Assembly (NCBI GenBank): GCA_051362555.1
Contig: CM120644.1
Coordinates: 8,440,954 to 8,504,953 of the forward strand
From: Lingula anatina
Taxonomy: Eukaryota > Animalia > Brachiopoda
Direction: 5' to 3'
DNA length: 64,000 nucleotides
Part shown: positions 14,987 to 27,761 of the stretch, one piece after another
Layout: the number at the start of each line of letters is the position of its first letter
How positions within the stretch are numbered: position 1 is the stretch's first letter
Translations under genes and position numbers: made by a program
The notes under the pieces: generated by a model
Told to the model about the DNA's origin: nothing
Database searches by the model: none
What the model saw: only the letters and a program-made list of their open reading frames with translations

Positions 14987-15810
14987 AGGTACAAGGACAG
15001 CGAATCCGACATTTTAGAGATCGATCAAAACATTGACATTGAGTATGTGACGCACATGGTTAGCTGTTCATTTATCAGTCTCGTGGAACCTGCGAATAAA
15101 AATAGAAATTGTAAAGAAAACGTGAAGGTTGTTGTTTTTCTATTTTCTGTGGATGTTATGTAAAAGTTATTAAATTTTGCAGCCTTATAATTAGCTGTAA
15201 CAGGAATTTTGAACCAAGCACATTATTTTTGTTGCTTATTGAACTTAATCCTATAATGTTTTGTATAAGCCATGCTAAAAAAATTAGCTCACGCAAAATG
15301 AAGTCTGTTGGAATAATTATGTTTGAAAATCACAAAATCTTCTAGTCAAGGGGACTACAAACAAACAGAAACGGGTCGATTTACAGGCAGCATGTCCATT
15401 AAACGCTAACGATGAAGAGGAGTGTGTTCTTTTAGCCATATTTTTGCCAACACCTACAGGTACTTGAATATACACAAAATTGAGTGTTTTTATCTTTGTA
15501 AAAATTGTTAGATACGTTGAATTTTTCTGTGCTATTCCATCTTCACAAAATCTATTTCATATTTTTTTGTTTACATTGTGTTTATTTATTCCTCCCTTTA
15601 TTTTTTTATTCATGTATCCATTCGTCAACGATTAAAAACAAATTTATTCATTTTCTATTGTACATAATACTACACTCAATATAGTCATGTTTTGTATTTT
15701 CCGTCAGTTTGCGTCAAAGTAAAATATCCCCCCATCCCCGCAACATGTAGGCATGTTTTAATGACTTTCTATGTGCAATGATTTCGCAACTCTTAAGCTG
15801 TCAGTGTCCT
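14987..15810. mobile_element. Putative Kolobok-like non-autonomous DNA transposon (degenerate)
   Basis: Left end TTAA|AGGTACAAGGACAGC, right end GCTGTCAGTGTCCT|TTAT. The TIRs are short and imperfect and the TTAA TSD is imperfect. Confidence 0.35.
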
Positions 15811-17563
15811 TTATGTTTGAGTGAATAGCTTTTTTTTATCTTTTTCTTTTCTTTTTTTTTTTTTTTTTTTTTTTTTTTTGAAAGCTTACAGGTCGTCTTT
15901 TCTGTCGTAAATGGAGACAATGGGTGTTTTGTTATTCCTGAGCAAATATCTCCAGTTAATGTATATTTACGATTGCAATAGACGTTAAAAAGATAAAAAG
16001 TGTGTCAAATAAAAAGTGCTACAATCAGGACATAAACGGGGCTTGCCTCGCCAAGACTTAATATAAAAGAACTTAATCATACTTACCGTTAATGCATTTA
16101 AACAACAGTCCTATCGAAAACATAGTTCAGGCGTTTATGAAGTTATGGAACTTGGTAGATACTTGGTTTTTCACAAAAATTGAAATTTAATCAAAGCATG
16201 CCTTATTTCGATAACACTGATCTATTCATCGAAATATTTTTTTTGATATGAAGTCTCTTATTTAAAAAAATATCAAATAAGGTTATTTGAAATGTTCATT
16301 TTAGATTGTGTGTCACAATGTAATATTAAATGTTTCAGTCCGGCCATTTTCCACGTTTCATCGGGTGTCAGATATTTAGGTAACCCTCGGTCCTGACATA
16401 ACCACAGCGTCTGAGGTCATTACGGTAATTAAGTAAGTAATATGCCAATATCACTTTCTACCTGCCAGCTAGCATGTCGTATACCTCATCAAAATGAATT
16501 ATGGATTATAACCTCGATTTACCTGCTGTTCGAGCATGATTGACGGAGGAAGAGGACTACGGGTATCCCACCTGGCTTAGCAGGCGATTAAGGGTGGAAA
16601 TCCCGCCCTGTGTTTGAGGAAGGACAGTGCCACCTTCTGAAAACAAACACAGCCCTTTGTTGAAATATTTTTGCTTTGTAAGTGGGAGGGGCATTCAATA
16701 AGAGGGGGCTCCCGCGTGAAGTCAACGCTTTTTTTAAAACCTTTTAGCTCAACGCACGGTTAGTTTACTTTTCATATCTTTTGTCGACTGCAGGGTTAAC
16801 CGATACTTCAGGGATATTTGGAGGTACATGTAACAATGTTCCGTCTAAGGTAGGCAGATTTGTCTTTTAGGTTTGATGTTTAGTATCAAGATAAAATCTC
16901 ACCTTTCCACTCGTAGTACTATAAATTCAAATGTAGATATGTTTCAGTGGATTTGTTACGTCTCCACTTTCAGTATTCTTCCTTCATTTGGTGTCAAATG
17001 GTTTCATTTTACATAACTGTACTGTATGAACAATATGATTGCATTAATGCGCGAATAATTGTAACCGGGAAATATTCCAGCAAAACGGATATTGATTCCA
17101 TTTTTATTTGATACTTTTTGTTGAAGATTTATACCAGCGTTACATTTCCAATACATTTAAAAGCTGTAGACAAAAGAGTTTACTAGATCGATTTGTTGAC
17201 TAACGCCGATACGGCCATTTATAAAACTAATCCTGCTTAAATATTTTGAAATCGTCTATATTAGGGCACATCATGCTTAATACAGATGATCAATGGTACA
17301 GTGTTTTGTGGAAATAAACAGATAGAAATATATTGCATCCAACTTATTACAAATACTGAAATCATGTAAAAACACAGCTACAGCATGATGAACCTCATCC
17401 TGGCTGGACAAGTGTATAACATCAGTATCACATTTGAACAAAATGGCCCAGATTCATTAAGGTTGCTGCAAGAATTATTAGAAAATTTTCCTGAAGTACT
17501 GGGGTTGTAGTAGATATGCGAAAGTGATGCTATGTATTTAAAATTTTTGATGATTGTGATTAA

Positions 17564-17909
17564 AGGGATAATAACTCTTCGTTTTCGCCAAAAAATGAAT
17601 TTTCCTGGAGTAAACAACAATTTTCCCGTACTTACCAATGGTTAATGAATCCATTTTTACATTCAAAGTTAGTCCCTGTTTTTTTTTTTTTTTTCTAAAA
17701 AGTTTGATTTTTTTGGTATAATCTCTTAAGAGATTATAACAGAGTATAGCCATCAATGGAGGTCATGTAGTCTAAAGACAAGCTCAGATGTCAGAATAAT
17801 AGCCATAACTGCCGTTTTTCTTGTACAACAGAATATATTATATGTCTATGAGTTGTTCACAATGTTTTTATTGTGAAATATAGATCTCATACGAAGAGTT
17901 ATTATCCCT
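17564..17909. mobile_element. MITE with TTAA target-site duplication (Kolobok-like)
   Basis: Perfect 19-bp TIR AGGGATAATAACTCTTCGT (17564-17582) / ACGAAGAGTTATTATCCCT (17891-17909), with TTAA on both sides. The AGG terminus fits Kolobok rather than piggyBac (CCC). Confidence 0.8.
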
Positions 17910-17922
17910 TTAAGGTTATTCT

Positions 17923-17925
<3 letters not shown>

Positions 17926-17970
<45 letters not shown>
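17926..17970. repeat. (TG)n microsatellite
   Basis: Perfect TG run. Confidence 0.95.
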
Positions 17971-17972
<2 letters not shown>

Positions 17973-19135
17973 CTATTACAAACGAGACAAAGGTGTGAGT
18001 ATTCACCATTTCAAAAGAAAATAATAATAGCTTATAAATAATGTAATATTATTTGCTGAAATAGGATTAAACTTTCCTGCAACATAACTGCACAATTCAA
18101 GCTTGGCCTTGAGTCATTTAGCTGACTACGTTATGGGCGTGTGTTGAAACACCAAGTTAAATCTTTAGTCATTTCAGACGCGCCCCGATCTCTACTCGTG
18201 CCCTAAATTCAACGTTTTTAGTGTAGGCTTTCTAACAAAGGCAAACACAATAGAAAGTGAGCGTAAATTTGCACAATGAATAAATGTTTGCTTTCAACAC
18301 TCGGGCGGCATTCAACGCGGAAAACACTGACGGATAATCGATGAGAAATCCTGTTGTTCAAACGTGCACTCATTTGATAGCCTTCATAAACGGTTAAAAC
18401 GATCAGTTTAAGGTAAGCGGAGTGAACTCTTTAAGTTTTGAATATGGCATTATCTTGCCGTTCGTTCGATGAAAATGTTACTTAATTTACTGTAACGATA
18501 GGTCGCCAATAATCTCCACAGCACACTAGGCCTGCGCCATGAGGGTGGAGCAGTAAATTCGAAATATTCCGAAAGGTGGCGAAGGATAATTTTTTTTCTT
18601 TCTTTTGATGAATGAATGAAAGGTTCTTTCATAAAGGTCAGAATTAGAAATTAAGTGGATTTTTTTCTGATTTGCGACCATAATCCACTTTCAAGCTTTA
18701 ACAGGATTTGTATTAAGTATTTTGAACGAAAATACTGGTAAGAAGCTCGGAGCTCGGTATAGCTCGGTATATCATTACACTTTAGAAAGATTTTAAAATG
18801 TGACTAAAGCTGAATTAAGGTGTATCTATTGACAACTGTAACATTTAACTTGGAATTTAAACAGCAAAACAATACCATGATGGTAGCAAAACTTATTTAT
18901 ATCGGGGACATACCTGTTTGTGTTCCACATTAACGGTAAAAGGGCAAATGGTTTATGATATACGAATAAATAAAAAGGGAAAAGAAAAAGAAAACACCGA
19001 AAAGAAGTAACTCTATTTGATTTCGTGAAACCTACATGCTGCATATCAACACGACCTGTTAAACTTTCATTTTTCTGTATTCCATGTATGACGAAAGTTC
19101 TTTTCTTTTATTGCAGTTCTCGATTGACAAAGAAT

Positions 19136-22100
19136 ATGCCTTCTATACCATACCTTGCGATCCTCCTGTTGACATTCCAGAACGCATGCGTAGACAGTAA
19201 GTCCATTTTTGCTTTCATAATAACCCCGCATATTACATTTAGTTCTTCATTAACCCCCTTATCACGGTGGAACTGCTGGATAATTTATAGCACAGTGAGA
19301 CGCGGTTCAGTGTTGATTAAGGCATACTGGGGCCGGGTGATTAATGAATGTAGCTAATTAAAGACGCCATCTCCGAGCATCAAATTCATTATTTATTATG
19401 CTCTGATTCCGTATTTCTTCCTCTATTGATTTCGGTCTTGCTGACGAAGAAATGAGTGTAATACGAAAATAAGAGTTTTTTTTTTTACTACAAGTAGTTT
19501 TATGACTTCACCGATCTAATCTGTATGGTTGACACCGAGAAAATGTGACATAATCGTTATGAGCAGATACATGTATCAAACACAAATTAAATGATGATGC
19601 AAAGAGAAATGTGTTAGAGCGCCTGGCAGTTGCATTTGAATAATTCACAACATTAAGTCTCTTTGTGTAATAACGCTCCATTATGATATTTAATCAAACA
19701 AATAAAACGAATAATATCAGTCAATCAAGATACATATTTTCTTTGATTTTGTCAGGTCAGAACGCTGGTGGAAGAGAGTTTGTCATCATGTACATGCAGA
19801 ACTTTGTCGCTGAAGGTTCTCCAGTTTTTCCACTGGAACTTTTTCTGACGACGTTGGAGTCTGACGTCACAGTGAATGTGACGACACCAATATATACCGG
19901 CGTCGGTGCTCTGAACTCGAAACACACGGTTTCCAATGGAAATATACTCAAGCTAGAATTTGACGATGATTTGAGACAAACTGGCACTTCCAAGGGTGTA
20001 AAGACAATTTTAGTTTCGGCGTCCAGTGATATCATAGCTTATGGAGTGAACAAACTACAATATTCCACAGATGCGTTTTTGGCTCTTCCCTTAACAACGT
20101 TGGGGATCGAATATTACGCAATCTGCTACTCGCCGCCCACAACCAACTGCGAGTTTGGTATCTCCGCAACGGTAGATGGCACCACCGTCCTGATCACGTT
20201 GCCAAATGCGGTTCCAGGCCAGCCGGCAGCTAACGTCACGTACAATGGCGTCACCACATACAGTGGACAGTATTTCAGTGTCTCCCTTAACAAATACGAG
20301 ACATTTCAAGCTCAAAGTTTAGGAGACCTTACTGGGGCACACATCCTCTCCAACGAACCGATAGCAGTTTTCAGTGGAAATGTGCGCACTTCAATCAGAC
20401 CGCCAGATGACATGCAACCATCACGTGATCACCTCGTGGAACAGGTGCCCCCAGTGTTGTCTTGGGGCCGAGAGTTTGTAACGGTGCCAATTCCAGGCAG
20501 ATCCGTCGGGGACGTTTTTCGCATTCTAGCAAGCAGAAACAACACACTGATTACTGTCGATGCTTTAGGAGGCGGTCAGGTCATAAGCCTGAACGCGGGA
20601 AAATATTACGAATTTGACCTCAACGTGTATAACCACATTACATCCAACGCCCCTATTCTTGTGGTCCAGTTTGTGAAGAGCCAGCAAACACGAGCCGCCA
20701 CCGAGCCGGCCGATCCATCTATGATAATCATTCCTCCCACCGAACAATTCCAGTCTGATTATAACTTTCTAACTCCGGTATCGACGCAGGCTAACACACA
20801 AAACTACGTTCTCCTCTCGATCCAAGCTTCCCAGGTCGCTGGTCTGCGATTAGACGGTCAGCCGTTAGCGGGTGTAACGTGGAACCCCATTCCTGGCACT
20901 AGTTACGTAGGCACGTCATTTAATGTGACGACGGCGGCGCACACTTTGACACATGTGAACGGCGTTACATTCATGGGGTTACTGTACGGTACAGCAGATA
21001 GAGAGTCGTATGGGTTACCCATGGGGATGAGGCTGACGGATATTTCGGTAGGTTACTTATTAGGTTTGGTTACTTATACAACTAGAAAAAGGGCAAAGTC
21101 AGACAATCAGACAGGCAGACTAACAGAAAAACATGTTTGTGGAAGAGTTCCCAAGTGAAAAGAGCCCCAACAAGAAATCGGCTTTTGAGGGGCGCTGAAT
21201 CTAGTGTATAAAGTCTACTTTCCAGGTTCGATTTCAAAAAGCGAACTTGGCAATCAGAAACTATTGTCATTTTTCGAAGGAAATAATAAAAGAGGTTGCA
21301 ATGAAAACCCTTTGGCAAAAACTACCTTATGAACCGCTCTAAATGGGATATTAATATCACGTATTTGACAGAAGAATCAGGTCAAATGTGGGCTCAGTTG
21401 TTCGACCTCCTTCCCTCCCACTCATACGTTTCAGTCAAGGTTAAAAAGGCTGAGTTATGCGACAGGTTTGAACAACATGGTTCTAATGTGTACCTTTCGA
21501 TACCCTGCCTTCTTCACCGAATAAATATTCTAAGTAGTTTAAGTAAGATTGTGTTATAAATTCATTGTCCTAATTCACACGAGAGCTTTTATTCAACAGA
21601 TTTAGCTTACACTTGTTTGCTGTACGTTGTTTACATATTCACATGTGGCCTCCTGAACTTGTCATGAGCCCTTGTCCCACCCTGAGCTTCAGAGCTAACT
21701 TGACACTAACCTTTTCACTGTAGCCTATCTCCATCGTGTCAAGTAACCTCTGACCAGATTCGATTGCCTCCGCCGCCCGCCAATCAAATTTAAAAGCCCG
21801 CACTCAATGACTCATTAAACGATCTAGCCAATGAACGCGAACGAGTCAAAGCGCGCTTTGTTCAAATCCGGACCAATCAAAGATAAGGCTGAATATCAGG
21901 GACTTGCCGTAACCTGTGGGCAGCACGCAAATTACATCGTCTCTCAGTAGATAATGATGCAGGGCCTCAAACTGCTAGACCCTATGGTTTCAATTCCGAT
22001 TTACTCATATTTTGCAAAGAATCAAGAGATAACTTAACACATTCTTTTTCGTAGTCACTCGCCTTGCTTTCTTTGTGTACGGTAATACACTCGGAACTAC

Positions 22101-25100
22101 TCGGATGTCTCCGCACTCGACAATAACTATGTTGTTAGTATGGAGCTTGCGGAATCAGCCGAGGATTGCCGATTGACGGTCAACCAATCAGCGTTTTCAC
22201 CAAACTTTGGTGAAAAATTTTGAAACATGGATTTGATTGGCTTATATAAACTAGGTCAAACTATTTTCGTCAGAGGTTACTTGACACGATGGAGATAGGC
22301 TACAGTGAAAAGGTTAGTGTCAAGTTAGCTCTGAAGCTCAGGGTGCCTTGTCCTAGACCATAAGTAAATCATTAAATGAGAGGGCTGATAAAAAGATGAA
22401 TAAATGATGATTATGAATTGATGATCATGTAAATACCACCCTCAGGTAAAGCATATTTGAAGTTCGTCGTACATTTTTGCTTCACATGCCCGACACAAGT
22501 GGTTTTTGCAGTCGGGTCACTAGGATTCAAGTCTTGTTTGTAAGTGTATGAGAATGTGAGAGTGATAACAGATTATGCAACGGTCATTTGCAATCAAAAC
22601 ATGACCATTGCAATTTTTGAATCAAATTTTCAGACAACTACCACTTCAACTACCACCGTAGCCACGACCACAACTTGTGTCTGCCCAACAGTTGTGTGCA
22701 CGACGCCAACCACCACTACGACCACGCCCACTACTACAACCACGCTGACAACAACTACTACCACGCCTACTCCTACGACCACGCCTACAACTACTACAAC
22801 CACGCCCACTACTACGACCATGCCTACAACAACCACGACTACACCGATGCCTACAGCACCACCTATAGGTTTGTATATAACGGATTATTCCTAATGATAT
22901 TTAGTTACTGATTTAGATTTCCACGTGTTTTGGTGTTATTTTACCTTGGATCAAGTCCACTACCTGCTGTTCTATTCATTTGTAACAAACAGTTTCAAAT
23001 GACAACAGTCATTATTGTTACACACTCTTTTTTTCAGCGGATACCACCGGCAAAGAGTTCCTCATCATGTACATGGACAATGTTGTTGAGAATCCCTCGG
23101 GTTTTCCTCTCGAGCTTTACGTTACCACGAGCAAACCAAACGTCTCCGTCAACGTCATAGCTCCTGGCTACCCGTTAGTAGTGTCCCTCACTGACAGCTT
23201 GACAGCAGGAACCGTGAAACAATTCAACATCCCCAAAGAGCTCCGCCAGGTGGGGACGGGATTGGAAAGAAAGGCCATTTTGGTGGAAGCCACAGATGAT
23301 GTTGTCGTGTATGGAGTTAATAAAGAATTGTTTTCTAATGACGCTTTCTTGGCGTACCCGACGGATACATTAGGCACGGAGCACTTCACAGTATCATACG
23401 CCCCACCAACGACGAATTGCGAGTTTGGAATCGTTGGTGTTGTCGATGGGACTACCCTGGAAATAACATTTCCCATTCCCAGCGGAACACCAGTGCAAGT
23501 GTCATACGGCGGAGTAAACTATGGCAACGGAGACAAATTAACGGTGCCGTCCTTTAATCGCAGTCATACTCTTCAAATCCGCTCACAGGGTGATCTCACG
23601 GGGACCTTCATCAAAGCCACCAACCCAGTTGCAGTGTTTAGCGGAAACGTCCGCACCGCTGTTGGCGAAAGTGAGTCACGTGATCATCTCGTGGAACAGA
23701 TTCCACCAATCAGATCATGGGGCACAGAATTTGTGACGGTTCCGATACCGAGGCGAACGGTCGGGGATCTATTTCGCATAATCGCTAGTGTGAATAATAC
23801 AGTTGTTACCATAAGCGGAATGCCAGATATGACAATTGACAGAGGAGAATTTGTTCAGGTGAATATTTCTTCCACGATGTATGCCTCCATACGCGCCACT
23901 CGGCCCATTCTGGTGATGCAGATAGTATACAGCCAATTTGATCCTGACGAACCAGCCGACCCCGCTATGATTACAGTGCCACCTACCGACCAGTTTGCAC
24001 AAGAATACAGGTAAATATTCAAGGACTAAAATATAATATAGTTTTTCGTGAGTGAAGCACGTGGTCATAGACATGTTTGTACACGCGGCCCTAAAATGGC
24101 TGTTAAAAGCATTTAGCAAGAAAAAAGGCCTATTTAACTCATTATGTATATTTCTAAAAAAAAAAAAAGTCCAAACTTAGGCCTGAATATATTTCCTTTT
24201 CTTTCAGTTTTCTGACTCCAGTCTACAGCGGCGGAGTGACCGGCGGCGACTACACGCACCTGTTTCTCCTGGCCATCAGAGAGGAGGACCGCAATGGACT
24301 TTGGCTGGACGGTCAGCAGCTGAACTCTACCCACACTGTCAACTGGAATCGCATCACCGGGACAGATTTCGTTGGCACGTGGGTAAACGTCAGCGGTGGG
24401 GCTCACACAGTGTACCATCCAAACGCGACTTTCATGGGTTTGTTATATGGCACTGCGGACAGAGAAACGTACGGCTTTCCCGTGGGCATGCGACTGGCTG
24501 ATATTGCAGTGGTGAGTAGGATTTTACATATAAAATATTTAAGAAATCAAGTTTCTTTCTTATTTAAAATGATCACCCACATGGAAAGCAGGACTTGAAT
24601 CGAGAATTAATGATTTATAATAATGCTATAGTCGAAACACTTAAACATTAACAAATATCTGGTTAATGCATTTTTAAGTTAACGAAGCATTACAAAGATT
24701 ATATCATCATTGGCCTTTCTCGTTTCATTTTTTTCTTTTTTTTTTCATTTTTGCCATTTATCTGCTAGTTCTACATATGCAAACTGTCCACTATATTGTT
24801 TTCTTTTAATTTTGTTAATCAGAATTACACAACGCCAGCAGTCACTGTCACCACAGTTACCACAGAAGCACCGTCGACAGTCACAGGTAAGACTCTTCTT
24901 TTTTTATAGAACTCGGAACTGGTCTACAAAATAATGCACAACTAAAGACAAAACACTGAGGAACATTCGATTCATGAAAATTAATTGCTCAATGAATTTT
25001 GAATTCAAGGAAAGGAAGGAAGACCTGAATTTTTTTTTTTTAATTTTCAATTGATCACCCATCATTGAGAAATGATAAGCTATCATGCGAGATACCTAAA

Positions 25101-27147
25101 AATACAGGGTTGCTACTTAATATGGAATATTTTTTATCATTGTTATTTTCTAGTGCTGATTAATTTTTTTTGGCTTGATTCATCAAAAAAGTATGTCACT
25201 GAGTGATTAAAACATCCAGTCTTCTGTTGTGAGATATTTTGGTCAATGATATCAAGTCTGACATAAGATGCCATTCAAAAGAAAGGAACGCCCCCAGAAA
25301 ACCATATCAACAGTTTGATGTCAGTGTTAACTTTAAGCTAAGATATTAAAGCAAATGATAGCCTCCGGACAGTTATATGTTACACAGTCAAAGAACTCAT
25401 TACAGTAAATCATGAAAAATCAGTAATTGCGGGTATGACCTCAAGCAGCCGCATGCAGCGCCCTCATTCTACATGGCATACCATGCGACACGTTTTTTAG
25501 AGTTTGGATGGGGATATCATTCCACGCAGTGATATTTGCCTGTCGCAGATCATCACTATTAACCGGCCGATGACCAAAGCTATTAATTCTGTGAGTTACT
25601 TTTGCCCAAAGTTTTTTCAATTGGGTTCATATCTGGAGAGTTTGCAGGCCAGGGCAGTTGCTGAACCCATTGGTTTTGAAGAAAAACAGTGATTCTGCGG
25701 GCTCGATGTGGGGTTGCGCAGTCGTCTTGGTACACAAATTTGTTCCTGAAGATGACTCGTACCAATCGAAGCATTGTTTGCTGCAGAATGTCTCTGTAGG
25801 AATCCTGGATGAGGTTGCCTCCTAGAAAAACCAACTGGTTCTGGGCACCGACATAAAATGCTCCCCAAACAGAGACGTTACCATCCCCTGCTTGCACCCT
25901 ATGCAGTACACAATCATCGTTATATGCCCCTCGTACACGTCGGTGGACACGGATTCGACCACTAACCCTAAAAAATCCACATCTGGCCTCATCACTGAAA
26001 ACGACGTGATTCCAGTGTTTTGGCTGCAAACGCACGTGGTCCCCAGCCCATTGCAGACGCCGCTGTATATGACCTGCTGTTAACAGAGGTTTTCCTAATG
26101 GCCTTCGTGCAAAATGACCGGCTTGCAGTAATCTCTTGTTCACGAGGGACCTTGAAACGGGCGTTTGAATGACATTCTGCCTCTCTTTTCTGAGGACACT
26201 GGTTGTCTTTGTACGACCAGCACGGAGTCCTCTAAGGAGAAGGCGATCCTGTCTTCTTGGTGTGATACGCGGACACCCTGGTCGAGGTATTGGAGTAGGT
26301 GCCCCTGTTGCAGCATTTCTTTGGAGGACTTTACAAACAGTTCCTGATAAATGTTGAATTACCTTGCAATGGCTGTCCGTTTCTGGCCATTTTCTCTGAG
26401 AGCAAGATTCCCATAGTAAGCTGCGTTGCTTAGCTGTTGAACCATTTCTTCACTAAGGTACCTCTCAAGTTTCAGAGCGATACCTTTGTGGCTTCTCTAA
26501 ACACACTCCAAAGATTGACCAAATCCATGCGTTTTTATACAAGGGCAGAAATTGCCGAAAAGACCACCCCTCACATTTCTGACCAAAGAACATGCAACTG
26601 CATGCATCAATTGTTTCGAGAGTTGTGTGGTAATTAGGTAACACGCCTGGCTATACATGGAGTGACACCTCAGCTTTGGATTTAAAATAGTTAGAGAGAA
26701 ATTAAATATTTTGTAGAAAATTTACTCGCCAAAAAATAATATTCCATATTAAGTGGTAACCCTGTATATTGAGTACGTTAGGTCGTCAGCCAATATAGTT
26801 GAAATACATGAAATAATTTGTCTCTTTTTTTAGCATGTACCGCCGCTTTGGTGGAAATATCAGACTTCAATATGGCCTTAGCGTTCGCCATAGCGGTGGG
26901 TGTGAACCTGCTGACCGCGTGTTTGCTCATAATCGCCACCTACAAATGGCGGCAGGCGGTGGGGGAGAACAAGTTTGAAGAGACGATGGAGATCCCCTAT
27001 CGGCCTGATAGCAACGGTACGATAGGAGGCGTTGGAGGGGTGACGACCCAACCGGATCCAGATCACATAGACCGAAATTGGTTGATGAATGCCGATGATT
27101 TTGAAGGTCACGAAAAGGGTTCTTATGACATTAATAGCAGGTTATAG
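19136..27147 (+). CDS. Type I membrane protein with two IgGFc-binding protein N-terminal (FCGBP-like) domains, Thr/Pro mucin linkers, TM helix and cytoplasmic tail (1080 aa)
   Basis: Exons 19136-19196 (signal peptide MPSIPYLAILLLTFQNACVD), 19756-21047 (domain 1), 22634-22868 (Thr/Pro stalk), 23038-24010 + 24208-24511 (domain 2), 24823-24886 (Thr-rich), 26834-27147 (TM ALAFAIAVGVNLLTACLLIIATY then KWR). Total 3243 nt, all phases agree. Both domains show the family motifs G(R/K)EF, DAFLAxPxxxLGxE, DLTGxxIxxxxPxAVFSGN, DHLVEQxPPxxSWGxEF, DP(S/A)M and YGxxxRExYG. Confidence 0.9.
21678..22345. mobile_element. 668-bp MITE with 77-bp TIRs and 8-bp TSD (hAT- or P-superfamily type)
   Basis: TIR CACCCTGAGCTTCAGAGC...CTCTGAC at 21678-21754 is the reverse complement of 22269-22345. 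TSD CCTTGTCC at 21670-21677 and 22346-22353. Sits in intron 2 of the IgGFc-domain gene. Confidence 0.92.
25105..26764 (-). mobile_element. Tc1/mariner DD34E transposon, full length but decayed
   Basis: TA|CAGGGTTGCTACTTAATATGGAATAT ... ATATTCCATATTAAGTGGTAACCCTG|TA, with 2 mismatches and a TA TSD. ORF 25583-26143 (-) has VFSDE, QDDCATPH and WPANSPDMNPIE, with 34 residues between the second D and E. The N-terminal part and C-terminus are frameshifted. Confidence 0.93.
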
Positions 27148-27761
27148 TGGTGGTTTTGTACGATATATCGACGTTCAGACTTGGACCTTCTGTGTATGGA
27201 GATTCTTGAATTGACAAGATACGTGTATAACTCTATTTTTAGAGTGCAAATCAATCAGATAAAAAGAGTCGATTTGGCACTTGTTGAATCGCGAAAAGCT
27301 AAGACTGGCGGAGAAGTATTTAGTAATCATCTATTTAATTTTTTCTCATTCCATAATTGTATATACGTTATGTTGTAGCAATAAGCACTGAAAATCCAAC
27401 CAAAAATGAGAAATGACTTATTTTTGTGACAGACACAATACATGTACTTCATTTCAACCGAAAATGGAAGTACCGATCTTTGCCATCGGTGGTGCCAGTG
27501 CACAATTGTATATGATTACCCATATAGGCATATAGCTATAGCACATATTCCTGTGAAAGGTGCCTCCTTGTGAGCGAGTGCTTGTATACAATGGAGATAC
27601 ATGTATGAGGGCGTCTAACTTATTCCGTTTAGAGGAAAATTGAGGGGATTTGGGTGACGGTTTACTCAAAGTGTTTATCATACGAAGCGTACGGTACTGT
27701 TGACACCAGCGCTATGCACACTAAAAGGGATGATACTGCTGTACTTTGCATGGAACTAGAT

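Noticed and set aside
16700-16855. Possible non-coding first exon/promoter of the IgGFcBD gene (donor AAG|GTAGGC at 16849)
   Set aside because: The acceptor at 19116 implies an upstream UTR exon, but its position cannot be fixed without transcript data.
21461-21481. DRFEQHG in ORF 21329-21559 matches DRFEQHG in monooxygenase exon 4
   Set aside because: Only a 15-nt exact match with no flanking similarity or splice signals. Treated as coincidence.
22630-22911. Val-rich antisense ORF and His/Tyr-rich alternative-frame ORF
   Set aside because: Shadow frames of the Thr/Pro mucin exon 22634-22868, whose splice phases fit only the Thr frame.
27136-27147. C-terminal SRL as a peroxisomal PTS1 signal
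   Set aside because: The protein has a signal peptide and a TM helix, so matrix import is implausible. A PDZ-ligand reading fits better.
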